In this document: one piece after another, positions 11,434-19,400 of the stretch
Numbering within the stretch: the stretch's first letter is position 1
Layout of the letters: every line of letters begins with the position of its first letter
Assembly (NCBI GenBank): GCA_934168305.1
Contig: CAKPNF010000001.1
Span: 143,480-207,479 of the forward strand
DNA length: 64,000 nt
Direction of reading: 5' to 3'
Source: an uncultured Clostridia bacterium
GTDB taxonomy: Bacteria; Bacillota; Clostridia; TANB77; CAG-508
The notes under the pieces: generated by a model
What the model was told of the DNA's origin: nothing
The model's input: only the letters and a program-made list of their open reading frames with translations
Databases searched by the model: none
Translations under genes and position numbers: made by a program

Positions 11434-11462
11434 TTGACAAAGAATAAATGTTCGTTTATAAT
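11434..11462 (+). promoter_or_regulatory. sigmaA-type promoter with an overlapping imperfect LexA (Cheo-like) box
   Basis: TTGACA (11434-11439), 17-nt spacer, TATAAT (11457-11462). The spacer contains AGAATAAATGTTCG (GAAT-N4-GTTC). A second half-site, CGAAC, lies at 11411-11415. Confidence 0.35.
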
Positions 11463-11515
11463 TATCTCATAAAGCAAACAAATATTCTTTAAATAGAGAA
11501 GCGGAGGTAATTATA

Positions 11516-11812
11516 ATGAAAATAGTAAACAAAGCAAAATTTATCAGAACAATTAGTATATTAATAATACTTATATGTATAATAACAATTTTTTCAAAAA
11601 ATACATATTCAAATGTAGAAACAAGTTATAAAGAAGATTATATTTACACTGGAGATACATTATGGAGCATTGCAAAAAGAGAGATAGAAAACAATAAATA
11701 TTTTGAAAACAAAGATATTAGAACTGTAGTAAATGAATTAAAAAATGTAAATAACTTTACAAATTGTGAATTATACCAAGGACAAAAAATAAAAATTCCT
11801 ATCTATAAATAA
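11516..11812 (+). CDS. small TM + LysM protein, YneA-like architecture (possible SOS cell-division inhibitor)
   Basis: 98 aa with an N-terminal TM (ISILIILICIITIF) and a C-terminal LysM (YTGDTLWSIAKREI...GQKIKIP). GGAGG RBS. Confidence 0.55.
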   Translation: MKIVNKAKFIRTISILIILICIITIFSKNTYSNVETSYKEDYIYTGDTLWSIAKREIENNKYFENKDIRTVVNELKNVNNFTNCELYQGQKIKIPIYK

Positions 11813-11855
11813 TAATACGAAAGATTTCTGCATCATTATTTAATGCAGAAATCCT

Positions 11856-12875
11856 TTATATATCAGCCAATGGGTTATTTTCAATAGCATCACGAGCTTG
11901 TTCGTTCGAAACATGAGTATAAATTTCAGTAGTAGAAATGCTCTCATGTCCTAAAACTTCTTGTAATGCTCTAATATCAACATTTCCATATTGATACATT
12001 AAAGTAGCAGCAGTGTGTCTCAACTTATGTGTAGAATACTTCTTAGTATCTAATCCTGCAGCCAAAAGTTCTCTATCCACAATATGCTGAACTGTTCTAC
12101 GACTAATTCTTTCTTTTCTCTCACTTAAAAACAATGCATTTTTCGAATTAAGTTTATCTGTTCTAATACCTTCTTTAGGACGTACATTTAAATAGTCATT
12201 TATTGCATTAATACAAGCTTTATTTAAATAAACTGTTCTCTCTTTATTTCCCTTACCAATAACATTCATCTTATTTTCTGAAAAATCAATATCATTAATA
12301 TTTATTCCAACCAATTCAGCTAAACGCATACCACAATTTAAAAATAAAGTAATTATTGCATAATCTCTTTTAGAATTTCTATTATCATCATTTGCCGTAA
12401 CACTTAATAATTTTTTACTATCCTCTAAACTTAGATATTTAGGAAGCCTTCTATCTAGTTTAGGAGTTTCAAGATTTTGTGCAGGATTTATTTCAATTAA
12501 ATTAGCTTTTGCACATAAATAATTAAAGAATACTCTTATACTAGACGCTTTTCTTGCACGAGTTGCAGCTTTACTATTATAATTTGTAGTTAAAAAACTT
12601 AAAAAAGCATGTATATCATCTAATTTAATTTTTTTTATGGTACTAAGTGGAATATCGTTAATAGTTATACTTGAAAAATTTTCTTCGTTTGTCATATTAA
12701 ATCTTATCTTAATAAATCTTAAAAACATTGTTAAATCATAATTATATTCTTTAATTGTATTAGGTGATTTATTTAATATAGTTACTGTATAATCCAAAAA
12801 AGAATTTAAATATTCCGGATTTTCTTCATGATTTATCATATATTTCACACTCCAATTTTTTACATTATATAACAA
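11856..12875 (-). CDS. tyrosine recombinase, XerC/XerD family
   Basis: R...HxxR...Y catalytic pattern (GMRLAEL, HKLRHTAAT, LGHESISTTEIYTHV). The likely start is the internal M at 12839 (MINHEEN). Confidence 0.85.
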   Translation of the reverse strand: MLYNVKNWSVKYMINHEENPEYLNSFLDYTVTILNKSPNTIKEYNYDLTMFLRFIKIRFNMTNEENFSSITINDIPLSTIKKIKLDDIHAFLSFLTTNYNSKAATRARKASSIRVFFNYLCAKANLIEINPAQNLETPKLDRRLPKYLSLEDSKKLLSVTANDDNRNSKRDYAIITLFLNCGMRLAELVGININDIDFSENKMNVIGKGNKERTVYLNKACINAINDYLNVRPKEGIRTDKLNSKNALFLSERKERISRRTVQHIVDRELLAAGLDTKKYSTHKLRHTAATLMYQYGNVDIRALQEVLGHESISTTEIYTHVSNEQARDAIENNPLADI

Positions 12876-13225
12876 AAATATAAAAAATAAAACAAAAATA
12901 ATAAAGTTTATACAAATTTATTTATATACAAAAGATTGAAAAAGATATGGTCACACTACAGCCATATCTTTTAAAAATTAAATAAAAATCTTTAATCAGA
13001 AACACTTGCATTAACTTAATAGGTTCTGTTGAACCATAACTAAGCAAAGCAAATGTTAGTCTTACACTAAAAAAAATTGATTTTGCTTGTTCTCTATGCA
13101 AATTTTTTCTTAATTATACTTAAATTTTACATCAAAAATGGCACTTTTTCAAGATATTTACCTCAAAAAAGTACTTATTTTTTCATATTAATCTTACAAT
13201 TTATTTTAGTTTTACAAACCCAACA

Positions 13226-13524
13226 ATGACAAGAGTATTAGTAATGATAGATACAAAATGGTTGGAGTTAAGCATAGTAGGAATAGTACAAAGTTTAATA
13301 AAAGAAAAAAGCAAACAGATAATGTTTGATGGAAAAGCAAAAAGATCAACAGATGCAATAAAATCAATAAAAAAAATGATAAATATAGTAACAGCATATA
13401 AAGATACAGGAATATCATTATTACATATAAAACTAATGGAATACCAACAGTTCAAGAGTTAATAGATATGCTTGATGTAGAAGGATTAATAATAATAGCA
13501 GATACAACGCATTGCCAAAAAAAG
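13226..13524 (+). pseudogene. ISAs1-family (H-repeat-type) transposase remnant, truncated and frameshifted
   Basis: Translation fragments ...MFDGKAKRS...NIVTAYKDTGISLL and, in another frame, KTNGIPTVQELIDMLDVEGLIIIADTTHCQKK resemble the DDE core of ISAs1 transposases. Both ends are missing. Confidence 0.5.
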
Positions 13525-13577
13525 CAAAATTTTAAAATATATCTTGTATAATTTATAATAAAAGTGTTATACTATGG

Positions 13578-13614
13578 TTGAACGATTGAACGATATTTTG
13601 AACGATTGAACGAT
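13578..13614. repeat. four copies of TTGAACGAT arranged as two overlapping pairs
   Basis: Exact copies at 13578-13586, 13586-13594, 13598-13606 and 13606-13614. Confidence 0.85.
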
Positions 13615-13634
13615 TAAAAATGGAAGTAAGTAAC

Positions 13635-14089
13635 ATGAATGAGAATGAATCAATAGAATTTAAAGAAAATTATACAGAAAAAGTATATAAAGAGATGCAG
13701 GTCTATCAACTTCAAGAAATCCTTACTTACAATCTATTTTTATGAGAATAAAGAGGGTAGAAGCAATAGGAAGTGGCTTAAGAAGAGTAAAATCATATTA
13801 TAATAAAATTGGATTAAATTTCGAGATAGATGTATTACCGTCATCATTTGTTGTAAAATTACCTAAAATATCATTGAATAATGTTGCTATACAAAATAAT
13901 AGTAAAGGTGATATGGATATAATTATAAAATATATTGAAAAAAATGGCTCTATAACAAGGATTAATGCTCAAGCACTAATTAATAAAGAAAAGACAACTA
14001 CCTCAACAATATTAAATAAATTAGTTGAAAATGGTGTTTTGGTTAAAATTGGAAACGGACCAAGTACAAGATATGAAATAAATAAATAA
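13635..14089 (+). pseudogene. remnant of an AlbA_2/Schlafen-type ATP-binding transcriptional regulator (internal deletion)
   Basis: N-terminal NESIEFKENYTEK (AlbA_2-like) is joined out of frame to a C-terminal GSGLRRV...wHTH segment (IIKYIEKNGSITRINAQALI...STRYEINK). The central ~300 aa expected for the family is absent. Confidence 0.45.
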
Positions 14090-14238
14090 TAACTTAAAAG
14101 CGAACTTTGCTTTATTAATATGTAGGAATAAAAAATGGCTGACAATAAAAAATAGACTAACTATATGAATGTCAATAGTTAGTCTCGTATAATGGACAAC
14201 ATGTTCATTATACGAGTAATTTGTAGGGAGATGTTAGT

Positions 14239-15159
14239 ATGAAAATATTATCTTTACTATTAAGTATGGTAATTGGTATTTTATTTATGATAATACAATT
14301 TGTAAGTTTTTATTTTTTTATAAAACATTCAGCTAATAAAGCTAGAAAAGAAAATATGAGTAAAATTGATTTTTCCAGAGATAAAGGATACTATCGCACA
14401 ATTTTAAAAACATATAGTCCTGCCGAACTAAGTTATATAGATGATTTTAAAGTAAATTATAAAAGAGAGATTGTTGCAACTGTTTTAAGTCTGGAATTAA
14501 AGGGAAAAGTAAAAATCGAAAATGATGGTATCAGTATATTGGATAATCACGATGAGAATTTAAGAAAAACAGAAAGATTTATTTTAAAAAGTATAGATAA
14601 TAGAAAAGTAAAAATAACTGACTCAGGTTATATTGATTCATATGCTCAAGATGAAGCGATTGAAGATGAACTTATAATAAAAAATACAGACCAAATTGGA
14701 AGAAAACGAGTAATAAAAGAAATATTATGTCAGCTAACACTGTGTTTAATATCAATTTTAATATTTGCTGTTTTTTGTAATAATTGTGAAAAATTGAATG
14801 ACGCAAATACCGTTATTAAGGTAATGAGTATGATTTTAAGTTTTATTGCATTTTTTATTATTTGGATAGAAATAGGATATGGAACAATAGGAATTTTTAT
14901 TTACTATATAATGCAAATAAATTCGTATAGAAGAACAGAAAAAGGCGAGGAGATAAATAAAAATATTGAAGGATTAAAGCAATATATAAAAGACTATAGT
15001 TTATTAAAAGATAAGGATAAAGAAACATTAACGGTTTGGGAGGAATACTTAATTTATTCGGTAATTTTTGATATTAACGATGCAAAGATAGTGCAAAAAA
15101 TATTTGATTTTGTAGAAATTGAATTTGAAAGAGGAAAAATATATTTTCAAAAGGTATAA
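14239..15159 (+). CDS. predicted membrane protein (306 aa)
   Basis: N-terminal and central TM segments, RBS GGGAG. Family uncertain (DUF2207-like tail W.EYLIYSVIF). Confidence 0.45.
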   Translation: MKILSLLLSMVIGILFMIIQFVSFYFFIKHSANKARKENMSKIDFSRDKGYYRTILKTYSPAELSYIDDFKVNYKREIVATVLSLELKGKVKIENDGISILDNHDENLRKTERFILKSIDNRKVKITDSGYIDSYAQDEAIEDELIIKNTDQIGRKRVIKEILCQLTLCLISILIFAVFCNNCEKLNDANTVIKVMSMILSFIAFFIIWIEIGYGTIGIFIYYIMQINSYRRTEKGEEINKNIEGLKQYIKDYSLLKDKDKETLTVWEEYLIYSVIFDINDAKIVQKIFDFVEIEFERGKIYFQKV

Positions 15160-15338
15160 AAGAAAATCCAACTGATAGTACAATAAAATAATATCAATGT
15201 GAGCGACAACTTACAAGTTATCGCATAAATTATAACAATTCAACTAATCGTTGATAAAGAAAAATACCACACTCAACGATTAGTATGTGTACTTTTTTTA
15301 GATAATAATTTACACTTAAATTGAAGGAGGTAAAAGAT

Positions 15339-15944
15339 ATGAATCAGATTAAAATAGGAAAATTTATAGCTGAATGTAGAAAAAAGAATAATTTAACTCA
15401 AATGCAACTTGCAGAAAAATTAAACATTACAGATAGAGCTATATCTAAATGGGAAAATGGGAAAGGAATGCCTGATTCATCATTAATGCTTGATTTATGT
15501 CATGAACTCAAAATAAGTGTAAATGAATTATTATGTGGGGAGTTGATTGAAATGAATAATTATAATGAAGTAGCAGAAAAAACATTATTAGAAATGGCAC
15601 GAAAGGAAGAAATGCAAAATAAAAAATTAATGATGTATGAAAATGTGATTGGATTTAGTTCGACAATATCTTTCTTAATACTAATTTTTGTTACATCATT
15701 TTTAGTGGAGAATAATATAGCAAAAATTATATTGTTTATATTAGCATTTGTTCTTTTAATAATAGGTGTTTCATTTGCATTAAAAATAGAAACAGAAACT
15801 GGTTATTATGAATGTCAAAAATGTCATAATAAATATGTACCAAAATATAGCCAAGTATATTTTGCAATGCACTCTGGAACTACACGATATATGAAATGTC
15901 CAAAATGTAACAAGAAAAGTTGGCAAAGAAAGACTTTAAGTTAG
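15339..15944 (+). CDS. XRE-family HTH regulator with TM segments and a C-terminal zinc-ribbon
   Basis: IKIGKFIAECRKKNNLTQMQLAEKLNITDRAISKWENG HTH, two TM helices, then CQKC...CPKC. The ATG at 15339 follows GGAGG. Confidence 0.8.
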   Translation: MNQIKIGKFIAECRKKNNLTQMQLAEKLNITDRAISKWENGKGMPDSSLMLDLCHELKISVNELLCGELIEMNNYNEVAEKTLLEMARKEEMQNKKLMMYENVIGFSSTISFLILIFVTSFLVENNIAKIILFILAFVLLIIGVSFALKIETETGYYECQKCHNKYVPKYSQVYFAMHSGTTRYMKCPKCNKKSWQRKTLS

Positions 15945-16065
15945 AAGGATAGTAAGCCATAAAGTAGTTAAAAATAAAAGAATTTAAAATTTTATTGAAA
16001 AATTTAATAAAAAATGATATACTTTTTTCAGTTAAATATTTTATTAAACGATTGGAGAATAAACA

Positions 16066-17184
16066 ATGGATAATAGAAATGAAAAACTTACACACAATCT
16101 TATATATAATTCTATTTCTTTAAATGAAAATGAAAATATATTAGTAGAGGTAATTGGAGAAGATGGCTTAGAGCTTGCAAATGAAATTATAAAACAAGCT
16201 AAAATAATAAACGCAAAGCCACATCTAAATATAATAAATTACGAAGATTTAAGGAATTTTTTAATAAATGCAACTAAGGAAGATATAATTGAATATGGAA
16301 AAAAAGATTATGAAATAATGAAAAAAATGCAAGCATATATAGGAATAAGTGCACCAACATCAGATAAATCTTTAAATGGCGTATCTCAAGAAAAATTAGA
16401 ATTATATAACAAATATTATACTGCTTTAGTACATTTAGAACAAAGAGTTAAACATACAAAATGGTGTATTTTAAGATATCCAAACGAATATTTTGCAAAA
16501 AAAAGTAATATGACACTAAATGAATTTAAAGACTTTTATTACAATGTTTGTAATGTTGATTATAATAAAATGAAGATTGCAATGGAACCTTTGAAAGAAT
16601 TAATGAATAGAACTGACAAAGTGCATATTGTGGCACCTGGAACTGATTTAACATTTAGTATAAATGGAATTCCTGCAGAAAAATATTATGGAACATTTAA
16701 TATACCAGATGGTGAAGTTGCAACATGTCCAGTAAAAAATAGTGTTAATGGTTACATTACTTATAATACTAAAACAAAATATAATGATATTATATTTGAA
16801 GATATAAAATTTGATTTTATAAATGGAAAAATAGTAAAAGCAACAGCTAAGGAAAACTCTAAAGAACTAAATGAAATTCTTGATACAGATGATGGAGCTA
16901 GATATATTGGAGAATTTGCATTTGGACTAAACCCATATGTTAATAATACAATGTGTGATACATTGTTTGATGAAAAAATAAATGGAAGTTTTCATTTAAC
17001 TCCAGGAATGGCACTAGAAGAAAGTGATAACGGAAATAGGTCAGCAATTCATTGGGATATAGTTAAAATTCTTAGAAAAGAATTTGGTGGTGGCGAAATT
17101 TATTTTGATGATATACTAATAATGAAAGATGGGAAATTTATATTAGAAGAGCTCAAAGAATTAAACGCTGAAAATTTAAAATAA
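16066..17184 (+). CDS. aminopeptidase, M29 (AmpS/PepS) family
   Basis: GEFAFGLNP...DEKINGSFHLTPG...SAIHWDIV motifs characteristic of M29. Confidence 0.85.
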   Translation: MDNRNEKLTHNLIYNSISLNENENILVEVIGEDGLELANEIIKQAKIINAKPHLNIINYEDLRNFLINATKEDIIEYGKKDYEIMKKMQAYIGISAPTSDKSLNGVSQEKLELYNKYYTALVHLEQRVKHTKWCILRYPNEYFAKKSNMTLNEFKDFYYNVCNVDYNKMKIAMEPLKELMNRTDKVHIVAPGTDLTFSINGIPAEKYYGTFNIPDGEVATCPVKNSVNGYITYNTKTKYNDIIFEDIKFDFINGKIVKATAKENSKELNEILDTDDGARYIGEFAFGLNPYVNNTMCDTLFDEKINGSFHLTPGMALEESDNGNRSAIHWDIVKILRKEFGGGEIYFDDILIMKDGKFILEELKELNAENLK

Positions 17185-17191
17185 ACATTGA

Positions 17192-17222
17192 AACAGAGTT
17201 TTATGATTAGAACTCTGTTTTA
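17192..17222 (+). terminator. intrinsic terminator of the aminopeptidase gene
   Basis: AACAGAGTT-N10-AACTCTGTT followed by a T-run. Confidence 0.7.
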
Positions 17223-17290
17223 TCATTTAAAAATAAATCATCATAGTTTGAATAGCTAATTTTGAAAGGGAGGTACTTGAAGCAGGTACT

Positions 17291-17340
17291 TTATATTTTA
17301 CTCCTATCTCTTATTGCACAAAACTTTGATGCCACAACAA
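17291..17340 (+). repeat. R0: isolated 3'-terminal module of the R repeat family, fused to a truncated rhuM
   Basis: TTATATTTTACTCCTATCTCTTATTGCACAAAACTTTGATGCCACAACAA is near-identical to the last 50 nt of R1 and R2. Confidence 0.85.
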
Positions 17341-17660
17341 ACTTAAAAGATGAAACGGTGTGGCTTACACAAGAGCAAATGTCAAAATTGTTTGGAAAGG
17401 CAAAATCTACTATTAATGAGCATATTAAAAATGTATATAAAGAAGGTGAATTAATAGAAAAAGAAACTATGACTAAATTCGAAAATTCCGAATTTGCTGA
17501 TAAACCAACTAATTATTATAATCTAGATATGATAATTTCTGTTGGGTATCGTGTAAAATCACAAAATGGTATTTTATTTAGAAAATGGGCTACTAGGTAT
17601 TAAAAGATTACATGCTAAAAGGTTATGCAGTAAATCAAAAAAGATTAGAATATTTGGAAA
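17341..17660 (+). pseudogene. 5'-truncated, frameshifted paralog of the RhuM N-terminal domain
   Basis: NLKDETVWLTQEQMSKLFGK...YYNLDMIISVGYRVKSQNGILFRKWAT parallels residues ~20-125 of the 23745 ORF. The frame is lost after RKWAT, and the apparent start of track ORF 17262 lies inside the repeat. Confidence 0.8.
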
Positions 17661-17673
17661 TTTATTAAAATTA

Positions 17674-17703
17674 TTGACAAAATAACATATTTCATGCTAT
17701 TAT
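17674..17703 (+). promoter_or_regulatory. sigmaA-type promoter
   Basis: TTGACA (17674-17679), 18-nt spacer, TATTAT (17698-17703). Confidence 0.45.
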
Positions 17704-17739
17704 GAATATAATAATTAAGAACATCGTTGTTTTTAATAA

Positions 17740-18034
17740 ATGTGTTTGTCGCCGCCTCTTTGGGCGACTAACAAATTAGAGAGTGTATAAATTTTCGTGG
17801 CTTACCAGAAATGGTAGGCCTTTGATAATATAAGGAGAAATAGCATTTAATTGTGCAAATACAAGAAAAAGGTTATTATCAAATAACAGTTTGCAATAAA
17901 TAATGAAAGATTAAGAAAAAGAGGTCTAGTATTCCTACTAGACCAATATGAGAAAGTTCATATTTAATATAAATTGCACCGCCACTTGCAAGAACCGCTT
18001 GAGTGGTGGTGCAAGAGTGGAAAAACACACTAAA
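17740..18034 (+). ncRNA. ORF-less promoter-proximal segment with four GC-rich hairpins (candidate structured RNA or decayed cassette)
   Basis: Hairpins GTCGCC-N9-GGCGAC (17756-17776), GGCTTACC-N6-GGTAGGCC (17807-17828), GGTCTAGTA-TTCC-TACTAGACC (17920-17941) and GCACCGCCACT-N14-AGTGGTGGTGC (17976-18011). No ORF of 60 aa or more with an RBS. Confidence 0.3.
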
Positions 18035-18614
18035 ATTAATTTGAATAAAATTGAGTAGAGTAGGGAAGGATATCCATTTTTTTAATGTTGTAGATTTATA
18101 TTTAATATAATAAAAAAGACATAGAAAAATTTTGTGTAAAGTTTTGCAATTAATATATATTTAATTATTATAATTTAAACTTACGAAAATCAATTTTAAG
18201 CCAATTACAATATTGCAATATTAAGTTTGTTGTTGGTAAAATACGGCAAATATAGAGAAATAGACATTTTGAAGCTTTTAGATAAAATTTAGATAGAAGA
18301 TCAGAAATTATAAAAAATTATTGAAAAAAATTTATAATTAAAGATAAAAATTATTTGAACATTAAATTATATAGATAAAATATTTAAATAGCTTAAAATT
18401 GATTTTAAAGCGTTATTAAAATAAGATTATATAAGTAATTGGATAACATTAAATAATATTAAATATGCAAAGTAAAATAATTATATAATAAGTAAATACA
18501 TTCAAGCCAAAGGCTTGAATGTACTGAAATAACTGGGTAGGACTATAATCATAGTCTATATATTTTACTCCTATCTCTTATTGCACAAAACTTTGATGCC
18601 GCGACAGTTTTTTA
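18035..18614 (+). repeat. R1: long AT-rich non-coding repeat (580 bp)
   Basis: Shares its 5' ~110 nt (ATTAATTTGAATAAAATTGAGTAGAGTAGGGAAGGATA...TTTTGTGTAAAGTTTTGCAA), an internal module and its 3' ~80 nt with R2. Stops occur in all frames. Confidence 0.9.
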
Positions 18615-18710
18615 TATGATCATTTGGTATCATAAAATTATTTGTATTATATATTAAAAAATAGCATATAATATTATATATAATAATTTTAGAAAATTAT
18701 TTTGTACTAG

Positions 18711-18740
18711 TTGACAATTCAAACAATAAGATGCTATAAT
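18711..18740 (+). promoter_or_regulatory. sigmaA-type promoter of the ToxN-like/ABC cassette
   Basis: TTGACA (18711-18716), 18-nt spacer, TATAAT (18735-18740). Confidence 0.55.
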
Positions 18741-18744
18741 TATT

Positions 18745-18873
18745 ATATAAATAAATACTGCCTACTAGGAGGCAAAGAGTAAAATACCCTAGACAATCGA
18801 TTAATCAGCCACCCAGTTGGCAAAGAGAAAATACACTGGTGAATAAATTTGGGAGTCTTTGTACTCCCTTTTT
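18745..18873 (+). ncRNA. leader RNA with two imperfect GGCAAAGAG(U)AAAAUAC units and a terminator (candidate type III antitoxin or riboregulator)
   Basis: GGCAAAGAGTAAAATAC at 18770 and GGCAAAGAGAAAATAC at 18819 (49-nt period), each preceded by a short hairpin. GGGAGT-CTTTGT-ACTCCC + TTTTT at 18851-18873 lies immediately before the RBS of the next ORF. Confidence 0.3.
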
Positions 18874-18890
18874 ATTATATAAGGAGTAAG

Positions 18891-19379
18891 ATGGAAATTA
18901 TAGAAGGAAAATTATATTTTATAAAAGATGAATTTATTGAAAAGTATAATCCAAAATATCATTTAATGGAAAATAAAGAAGCTGGAACAAAAAGGCCAAC
19001 TTATTTTTGTTTTAGAGATAAAATTGATAAAAATATATTGTGGTTCGTGCCTATGTCTTCTAAATATGATAAATATTTAAAATTATATAATGATATCAAA
19101 TCTAAAAAAGGAATAGAGCCAAATAACTTTGTGTTTGCAAGAAATTTAGCTGGAAAAAAAGCAGTTTTTCTAATTCAAAATATGTTTCCTACTTTAGAAA
19201 AATACATAGAACAAGAATATAAAAAAGCAGGAATATCAATTAAAGTTCCTAAAGCAGTAAAAGAAGAAATAGATAAAAAAACTAGAGATATTTTTGCACT
19301 TACAAATAGAGGAGTTATAGCTACATTTACTAATTTACCTGAATTTATAAATGATATTAAGAGCGATTATAAGAATTGA
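18891..19379 (+). CDS. ToxN/AbiQ-like type III toxin candidate (162 aa)
   Basis: AAGGAG RBS. N-terminal LYFIKDEFIEKY..., RPTYFCF....ILWFVPMSSKYDKY and FLIQNMFPT blocks resemble the ToxN/AbiQ pattern (FY.I...YI.YL; ..YLAPLTSPK; LKFMIPI). Judged by eye only. Confidence 0.45.
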   Translation: MEIIEGKLYFIKDEFIEKYNPKYHLMENKEAGTKRPTYFCFRDKIDKNILWFVPMSSKYDKYLKLYNDIKSKKGIEPNNFVFARNLAGKKAVFLIQNMFPTLEKYIEQEYKKAGISIKVPKAVKEEIDKKTRDIFALTNRGVIATFTNLPEFINDIKSDYKN

Positions 19380-19400
19380 AAGAAAACGAGGTGGTAGATA

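Noticed and set aside
13201-13462. Minus-strand track ORFs 13201-13455 and 13212-13418 as membrane proteins.
   Set aside because: They are antisense to the ISAs1-type transposase remnant, hydrophobic only because of poly-T-rich codons, and have no RBS.
17262-17603. Track ORF 17262-17603 as an intact 113-aa gene.
   Set aside because: Its first ~25 codons are translated from the R-repeat terminal module. The remainder is a 5'-truncated copy of the RhuM N-domain that loses frame after RKWAT. It is treated as a pseudogene.
17948-18058. A 36-codon ORF (MRKFIFNINCTATCKNRLSGGARVEKHTKINLNKIE*) as a Cys-containing peptide gene.
   Set aside because: It has no RBS at functional spacing. The start sits directly after a stable hairpin, and the C-terminal 8 codons are simply the conserved 5' end of the R repeat.
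18081-18110. A dif/Xer site (IMEX-type integration) at the R 5' ends, because of the TTTATATTTAATATAAT stretch.
   Set aside because: There is no match to the conserved XerD arm (TTATGTTAAAT / TTATGTAAACT), nor to an 11-6-11 dif layout. The AT-rich similarity is not specific.
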